From Balanoglossus misakiensis (taxonomy: Eukaryota; Animalia; Hemichordata): a stretch of 64,000 nt of DNA. Where the stretch lies: contig CM082581.2 of the NCBI GenBank assembly GCA_040954595.2, positions 8,969,878 to 9,033,877 on the forward strand, read 5' to 3'. Below, piece by piece: positions 55,683 to 64,000 of the stretch. The position numbers and the translations under genes are program-made. Position 1 is the first letter of the stretch. Each line of letters begins with the position of its first letter. A model generated the notes under the pieces. The model was given only the letters and a program-made list of their open reading frames with translations, had not been told where the DNA came from and made no database searches.

Positions 55683-57072
55683 AGTTGAAGAAGTTCAATA
55701 TTATATAGGGATAGAGAAGATGAAAACATGACAATAAGAAACTCATTTGAGTAAATTACACACTGAAACAAGATCATTGGTGAACCGAAGTTTAGTGGGC
55801 GTAAGTTGACAATAATCCGAATAAATTCAGCGAGATTTGGAGTGGTGTGCACTTTTCTATTTGGTAAACGTAATAACATAATGACTGTGGTATATTAATT
55901 TCAATTTCTCATTTGATTTAAGTCAGTAAAAGCCGTTTTTATGGTCATGTTTACAGCAATCATTGTTTACATTGTACGTGAGCATTTGCCCTGGTTTGGC
56001 AACTGAGAACTCGCCAGATGCGTTTTTGCAGGGGGGATTTTTTCACATGTTGTTCGTCTGTGGCGCTGTACATGTACTTGCCCCTCGCAGCACCACAAAC
56101 AGCGGCAGTTGCCGCAAAATCTCCTAATTTACGACATTACCATTCTAATCGCACCGATCAAACTTTTCACCTTCGGATACTCAAGTACATGGCAAAACAA
56201 GTACTTAGTCCCGATACTTGTATCGCCGGGAGGCTAAAAAAATCGAGGAGGCTTAGAATTTTATTATGGTTACAAGAAGTTCTCCCGTTACGCGAGAACG
56301 CCTGTCGTAAAACCGGCCGAAAACTTTCGATCACGCGCTATTTTTTATTTCTTCCGAGTTTGTTTTTCATCTCCCGCAGTAAATCTTGCCGCTTTAATTA
56401 TTTGTTCCTGATCGACGTTCGGCTTTCAACCATAAACCGACAAGAATAGAATTAGGTCGTAATTTTAACCGATTTTAATCTAACAATTCGTGAAAACTCT
56501 TGACCCCATGCACAGAAAACTCGTCCTTTTTACTTTGATATATCTGGATAATTTTCAACAACACTTCTTTGATCATGTACAGCGACCGGTCCTCTCATTG
56601 GGCCCAATATAGAGACATGCCCTTGGAATATACATGTATATACACATTTTCTTCAGCATACAATCATATTCGTTTCATTGTCTCATCTATATATATAGAG
56701 CTCTTGATATATAATACAGACCGTTACTGGCCAAAAGATGTACAATTTTTTTTCTTATAATATACAATGCTTGATATATAATAAATATAGGTATAAACAC
56801 TGGATATTCTTCACATACCAGTATGTGCGTCAAATAAGTGCCCCTCAAATCTTCAAGATGGAATTATACGAAATCTATGAACTACTGGGCAGTTTCATAA
56901 TGGCAAGTTTTATAGAATATACCTTACCATTAGTGTTTATAGAAAATATATGTCCCGGGAAAGCCTCGGTCGTTGTATCCCATTAGATGTGTATTAAACA
57001 AGTTGCCCAGGCGGAAATACGAAAACCCAAGCCTGTAAGGTAGAAACTACCTGCAGTTTACCAGTTTCTAGG

Positions 57073-58167
57073 TTATCTCGAAACCACGCTGATTTGTATC
57101 GGGTGCACCTCGGTGCTCATCCCGATCTTCCTCATGAGGCATCTGCAACACAGCATGTCTCTGATTTCCCGGCGGAACATGCAGATACGGTAAGAGTAGA
57201 GCATTGGGTTCACCGCCAGGCTGAGCGCCAAGAAGGTGAACGAGAACTGCTTGAAAGTCAGCAGGAGGGTGTGGTTGATGTCGCCGTCGCAGATGGCGAA
57301 CACCTGGCCGCGGATCTCCACCTGCTCGCAGTGGAGCAGCACGTGGGTCACGGTCATGTTGGGCACCCAGGTCATGGTGAAAATCGCCACCAGGATGAAC
57401 ATGGTCTTGGCCACCGTGGCGCTGTTGGAGACTTTCCGGTGGAGCTTGTTCACCGTCACCTCGCCGATCTGCTGCCTGAGGTGCATTCTGACGACGACGT
57501 AGATCACCAGATAGAGGACCAGGATGGTGAAGAACGAAGCGGTGAAGATGCCGTACTGGAAAAAATTGACGTAAATTTGGCTGTACCTGAAATGGCCGTC
57601 GCACATGGTTATCCAGGGCGCGACATTGAAGCGGGTTAGAGAGGGCACGTACCCGTATCCGTAAGAGAAAATCCAAATTGTGAGGACTAAGATTTTCGCC
57701 CTTTTCTTCGTGATGATTGTGCGGTGTTGCAGCGGTCGCGTCACGGCGACGAGTCGATCGATGGTGATCAACAGGTGGCTCAGAAGTTGGGTGCAGTAGA
57801 TGATGACGAGACGAAACCCGTTGAAGGCCACGCACCAAGCGGGTATCCCGGCCAGCTCCGGGCGAGCGTACGTCCCGATTCCGAAGATCATCATGACGGT
57901 GCTGGCCACAAAGTCCGACATGGTCAGGCTGAAGACGAACCAGTTCGTGGTGGTGCGCAGGCGTCGGCGCCGCAGGAAGGCCACGATCACCAGCAAGTTC
58001 ACCGTGAAACCAACGGTACACGCGCACACGCTGATGATGATGTGGTACTTCTGCATCAAGAAGACGAACTCCGGATCGTACGGCAGTACCGTTGCATTCT
58101 TGCCGTCGCCGCCAGCGCCGTCAGAGGTCTCGTTATCCGACGCGATACTGATGGCATCGCCAGCCAT
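57073..58167 (-). CDS. Class A (rhodopsin-like) orphan GPCR, single coding exon, 364 aa
   Basis: Seven hydrophobic segments. TM1 VN, TM2 LTMSD, TM3 IDRLVAV..PL, TM4 W, TM6 FTMTWVP, TM7 NPMLY, helix 8 FRREI, and a CCRC palmitoylation-like cluster. Confidence 0.92.
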   Translation of the reverse strand: MAGDAISIASDNETSDGAGGDGKNATVLPYDPEFVFLMQKYHIIISVCACTVGFTVNLLVIVAFLRRRRLRTTTNWFVFSLTMSDFVASTVMMIFGIGTYARPELAGIPAWCVAFNGFRLVIIYCTQLLSHLLITIDRLVAVTRPLQHRTIITKKRAKILVLTIWIFSYGYGYVPSLTRFNVAPWITMCDGHFRYSQIYVNFFQYGIFTASFFTILVLYLVIYVVVRMHLRQQIGEVTVNKLHRKVSNSATVAKTMFILVAIFTMTWVPNMTVTHVLLHCEQVEIRGQVFAICDGDINHTLLLTFKQFSFTFLALSLAVNPMLYSYRICMFRREIRDMLCCRCLMRKIGMSTEVHPIQISVVSR

Positions 58168-61100
58168 GGCAGCTCGCCGAGCAAGTCAATCTAGTCCCTC
58201 AGCCACAAACGACGGCGCGGTCTATGCAAGTGTAATTTGGGACCAGATTGTCCCGTGAAACAAAATTATATGCAAAACTTACACGTCATGTACAATCTGT
58301 GCTCTCTCACACACACGGCAAACTTCAGACATCGAGCACAATGTGTAGTCCGGGTGCATCACGATTGCTATAGGCTGACAACAAACAAACCCTGTTGCAA
58401 ACGTATGAGCATTAGCCGTCTGTAGTCAGTCGTGTTTTAGGTCGAAAGTACTCCAGTTCACGATTATATAGATTCATATTCTACTCGTACCTGGTTTAAC
58501 TATTCAGACGCCAATCAGACCACTAGTGCGCTAACTTGTAGCAGTTGTCAAAGTTGTTCAAACAGCAGTGTTGTAAAATAAATCCCTCCTCAAAACGTAT
58601 ATATAGTCGTATAGCGACATTTTAATGGTTGCTATAAGTTTATATGCTTATGTGTATGATACCGCGTGATCAACGGATATATATTATGCATATGCCATGG
58701 AACAACCATCTCAAGGCATGTTACTGTGCATATTGGTGTTTGTAGGTGAAATATTTGTGCTTGTCCCAATGTGTCCGTGCATACGGATAAGTGATAGTGT
58801 TCATCATACACTGGGCACATATTGCAATTGTTTTGGTGTTATCGGCAGGATGCTGAAAACTGATCTTTTGCTCTTGTCCCCGACCTGAATATTCATCATA
58901 TCCGCAGGTGCGTGTAGTTATATATGCATGGATCGTCTTTTCAGAAGCCAGCAGTTGACATTGTGAGCCCAAATATTAAAGGGCGAAGCTCATTGGCTCT
59001 TGCCTCAACATCTGTTGCCTTCCGAAAGACGCTTTACTGCAAGCACCTGTTACTGGTATCACATCTCCACTTACTCGTTTTTGATGATAGAGGGCTCTCC
59101 TCAACAGCAAGCGACGCATCGCACGGGTGTTTCTTCATCTCGTCCAACAGAGGGAGCTCTTTCCCCCTCAGCACTGGACTCCGAGTCCAAACGTTCTCTT
59201 GCAAACCTTTTGGATATCCGAAAAAATACTTTTAGACTTTTGTAGTTTTCATGCCATTGTAAGAAAAAAACCGAGACTAGTACCTTTACTTTGAAAATAA
59301 AATCGTGAAAATAAAGTGATGATAATACAACTTCCACTGCATCTGCAATGACGATGTAGATTGTGATAGCGACCTCCAGAGGGCGTATGACCATGCATGA
59401 AGTCTCGGCACTTGACAACTCTGCATACTAGCATTCACCAGAGGATGTGTGTCGTTGTAAAGAGTATCGACACTACATCACGAACATGATAAGATGTTAG
59501 ATCGTTGTCTAGGGTTGACTCTAGAGGGAGCACTTGCATCTTCCCGTCCATTACCCTCAGCGGCGCGATAATATCGACATTCCACACAGTGTTCCTGTCA
59601 GCCGATTCGCAAAGCATTATTTCCAAAAGCTTGGCAATGTTCCGGAATGGCAATTAGGAAGTTAATAAATCTGCTCTTGGTAGAGACAAAGAAAGAAAGA
59701 ATAGATTTTATTGAGTTTATTGTGTGTCTAAGGCGACGTCAATGCGACCGTAAATCTGATTTTTTCTTCGAGAAAACACCTGGTAATAAAGTACAAAAAC
59801 AATTTAGAAAGCCGAGTTCGGAGGAGACTGTTTAGGTTTCAGAAATTGAGTAGTTATAGCCTAAAGTACGTGGTGTGTCTCAAATAAGCTGATATCGGAT
59901 CAACATTGCGTGTGTACTGATGAGTTTCGGTGATGAGTGCGCTAACGCATTCCCCGGCTTTGTTTCTGATCATCGAAGTCGACTTGGGCCAACACACCGA
60001 AGTCATCAAGAGTTATTGAAAAATAAAACGGATCTCTTGAGAGCTATCATCTTCCGACCACGGTCTCACAATGGCGCCTTTTCTCCGGGCTTGCTTTTCG
60101 ACGACTATTTCGGATCCTCAGTCTTGCGTGGCGCGGAGAGATCGGTACCTGAGATTCCACCGTTGAAACACCGAGATAAACACACTCCCAAGGCGACCTC
60201 TACAAATGTGTAAATTGCCGTGGCAGTATTCAAGAAACGAAAAAGGAAATGGATTGTGTCGGATTAGATGGCGAGAGATAAGAAAATACGCCCGTATTGT
60301 AGCGTTTACAGCGCGGGGTAAATACGCTGTTACCGGGGTAACACGACCAAATGTGGGTGAAGATATCTGGCTCAGGAAAATTTATGCAAATAGCGTTAAT
60401 TAACACTCTCGTCCTTCGCGCAAATGCACTGAATGGAATTTGAAGTGACAACGACGGTGTCAGACTTAAAATGATTAAAACGCTTTCCGCACCTGGTGAG
60501 TAAAGCTCTACACAGCACTTGTCTTCAATAAAAATACCGGTGATTAAATGAACCATTTGTCTGTATTCTTGCAGGCTATCTTGTTTCCAAATGCTAACGC
60601 GAGATTCCACTGCGTTGAAAGCGCTTGGATAATCGTACGCGTTAGATCTTCCCCGCCACTTCCCCCCCCCCCTCTTTTTGCACAGACTACAACCACGAGA
60701 AGTTGACCTGTTCAATTCTAATAACACCAAGCACATTTTTGTCTGTAAGAATTTGACAGCGTGAGATAATTTAGTTGACAAAAAGCGTGGTTGTGCATGC
60801 AATCCAATCTACTTTTAATATTCACAGTGAGTTGCGTAGACCCCGGCATGGACATTGTAATTTGTCCTGGAAAGTTTTCGCATTTTCTGGCACCCATTGT
60901 AGTTTACAGGAAATCGATCGGGTCGGAATTCCTTCAGGTGACAGAATATTTAATTGATTCCTGAACGGTCGGCAATGTCTCAGCACGTGTCACGTGTTTG
61001 ACTTGGCGATCAAAATGTCGTTCTTTCCTTGTTTTTAATTGATTTATGCCTATAAATATCGAAGTCTTTATGTTCGATCTGCAATATGTATGTCTACATG

Positions 61101-64000
61101 AGAAGAAATTTAAACACTGTACGGTGTGGTTGTGTGAAGAATATCTTAGAGCCCATAGTTCATTGCGACGCCAGTGCGTCGTAGATCTCCCAGAAAGTTT
61201 CGAAGATTCGTTCGTTGTAAGAGCGAATCTTCAGATTTCACCCGTGTATTTCTCGTTAAAGACAGTATGAGTCAGATTGATCGTCACGAGGGTCGCACGG
61301 AGACCCGTTGGTTTCCGCGCAGAAATCTCTCTACTTTCACAGAAAACATTCAACGCTATCTTCCAACATCTTCCTGGTCCCATGGCTTCGGTCCGGCCGG
61401 GGAATTTTAGCTTCCCAGGCGTTGCACGGAAAAACCGCATTACGACGGGGGTGATTTCCTCAGCTTGTACGTGCGAAACGCTTCTGAGTGCATGCAACGC
61501 ATGAGTGAGGGCGAGGATGCGAGTTATGACGTCCACTCTCAGTTTTCGCAGAGGATTAATTGGGCATTTCCAGTAACGAAAAGGTGATTTCGCCCCGGAT
61601 CGGATCAGCCTGAGCGGACGCGCCGTCGAACAGCGGTCTCAGGATTACCCGTTGAATTTTTTATGCGCCTCGACAGACCTGCACGGCAGTAAAATCATAA
61701 GCTGTCCCGCTGATAGCTTCTCGATATAGACCAGCGTTACAAGGCCCTAAAGACCTTCCACAACGTGAGTGAAAGATCTTGCGCGGCGATAACCGAGCGC
61801 CACCGAACGCCCTTCAAGTTGTAGAATGCAGATAACATACTGTCGTACCAAATGATATTTCTAAGAGCCCAGATGCAAAGCGATATCGAGAAAGCACTCA
61901 CTGACATGTATAATTTCCCGCGGACCTTTTAGCTCTCGACGAGTAACACTGGCGTTTAAACTAAAGAAGAAACACTGTGACGTCACGGCGTCTTATCTGT
62001 TGTTTTTGGAATGGGCAAAGATTCGTGCCACTGATAAGTAAATGCATCGGTATCTGTTTCTGCTCACGTCCAACAAAACTTCATACATAAATATCATTTT
62101 AATATGCAACAGCCAGTCTGGAAGGAGGGAGGGGTCCCTTTAATTCCTTACAATCAGCTGCACGGACACGCCCACACCGACCGATTGAACGTGTAGACAA
62201 AGTTGCATCAAATCACGATAAACCCTGGTCTCATATGACTTGAACACATTGATAAGCATCTTATGATTTTCTAAATGCTTCCTGAAATCTTTCCTATCAG
62301 ATAAATTGTCGGCCAATCTTCAAAATTAGCCGTCAATCGCTATTCCCAAGAATTATGACATTGCATAGTTTGTATATGTAGCTCCGCATCGATTTTATTT
62401 TATTTGGCTGCTTCAACAAAATACCATACGTATTGAGACCGAGGGTTTGCAGAACTCTACCGTCTGTCTTCGATACAGCTTCATTTGATTTGCTCAAGTG
62501 AAATGTATGAAAACCGACATGAAAAGTATCTCAACGATGTTTATCTTATTTGCCCGCTCCAAATAGACACGGCGACAAAGCCCATATCTCTATCGATCCT
62601 TTAAGTTGTCCAAACGAAATGGTTTGAACCTCGAGGTGATAAGTTATACCGACTTTTTTATTTGTATCGTAATTCTTCCCCAGTCATGACAAATAAATTC
62701 CTGGGCAGATTAAATGTGACCCCACACATCATGCGCCAAACTGCCCATTACTTGTGCCCACAGGTGATAAATATTGACCGAAGGGAGAAAACCTGGCAGT
62801 TTGGTCTAAATGAAAAAAAAACACAGCGTAAGCTCATCACACAGTCCTGACAACAGCATTCATATTTATTACTTCCATATTTATATTTTATGACGCGTTC
62901 AACCTGAAACACGAAAACGGTGTATTCTTACATATGAAATGCACGTTTCTTTCAATATGATATTCTGTTTCGTTGGTCCTACTGATTTTGGAGATTGAGT
63001 CGTAAGACAAGACGCGGACGTACAGAATAACGTGTTTATTGCAACTGCACGGGTGGAAGTTTAAACAGCCCAGCATTCAGTATCAATCGAGAGTATTTCA
63101 TGCTCAATTTATGGAAATGTTAATATTTCATACCGTCTTTGATTCATCGTTCTTGCTTGAATTTTGAATGAAGACGGGCGGATTTATATGGACAACTTGA
63201 GTCACGGTATGTTCCGCGTCTAACCGAATAAAATCAATGTCTGATGTCGATTTTCCTTCTAGGCTCCCAATGGCCGCGGTGCCCAGTCCGCAGTGGGGTT
63301 GCAGGGAGGACGTACCAGTGTCCGTGCTTTCTGACAAAAAAGGCTGTCCGGAAGAGATTGACACATCCAAGGTGTTAAGAGTCAAGTCAAGTTGCATTTT
63401 GTTGTCAAAGTAAGTTAATAAATTAAAGCATTAGCCGAAGGCGATTAATTGAAATCATCGCCCTCCTGAATCCATGTTTTGAATTTTCATCAACCGAAAG
63501 CTCAGAGTTGCGCTTTGTAGTCTGTTTCCGGTTGCCCCGTCAAATGTTTTTCCCTTCGCTGGACAAGACACGATTCATGTCAGGATCTTGTTTGGAATCG
63601 AGAGGGACCGACTCTTAGCGCATAGAGACCCTCTCATCTGTGTATATTCATTTAGCAATTGACACATGAAATTGCTTCGAAGGGGGAGAAGGGCTTGACT
63701 AATATTCCCATCCGGACAGAAGAACACTGGCGGCGATGACATTCCGTCAGCTGGGGACCTATTCTAAGTTTGTTGTTCAATTTCTTTCATCTTGATTGAT
63801 GCTCGTCACTTTACGTGGTATATGCCAGCGTTATTTTATTAATCGCCAGGTGTTTATCGCCGTTTCTTCGACAGAGCGGACATTAATTGACCCTTTCAAA
63901 AACGCCACCTTTTATTTCCCTTTGTCTAAAGGTAATACCCTTACCATACATTTTTTTGGTTTGTTGACAAATCATAATTAGATGTTGACAAATCAAATGC

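Noticed and set aside
57068-58258. Several long overlapping ORFs (319, 181, 156, 152 aa) around the class A GPCR
   Set aside because: These are expected by-products of GC-rich codon usage. Only the 364-aa frame has 7TM motifs.
63128-63397. 89-aa minus-strand ORF as a gene or terminal exon
   Set aside because: It has no recognisable motif and no supportable upstream exon chain within the window. It cannot be excluded as the tail of a gene beyond the window edge.

Overview
This is eukaryotic, intron-rich, AT-rich genomic DNA from what looks like a compact invertebrate (bilaterian-type) animal genome; the species cannot be determined from the sequence. It is not prokaryotic, so no operons or CRISPR arrays were called, and most short ORFs in the track are exon fragments or shadow frames. 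Twelve protein-coding genes were reconstructed by hand from splice signals and motifs: a plant-NPH3-like BTB protein (-), a metabotropic-glutamate-like class C GPCR (+), RNF4 (-), GALC (+), FAM193-like (-), RNASEH2A (+), ARHGAP19-like (-), ANAPC4 (+), ANAPC10 (+), a small Cys/His-rich CG13380-like gene (-), an AKR1-type aldo-keto reductase (+) and an intronless class A GPCR (-). The last ~5.7 kb appears non-coding. The most notable observations are: (1) GALC carries two tandem homologous versions of the exon encoding the catalytic acid/base Glu, whose phases make them mutually exclusive; (2) an intron-containing BTB-NPH3 gene, from a family known mainly in land plants, sits among ordinary animal genes; (3) ANAPC4 and ANAPC10 lie in tandem inside a small cell-cycle neighbourhood with a CCAAT/CHR-type promoter; (4) there is a pre-miRNA-like hairpin in RNASEH2A intron 1. 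Exon coordinates were read by eye, and those marked ~ are approximate. Homology calls are from recalled motifs, not database searches.
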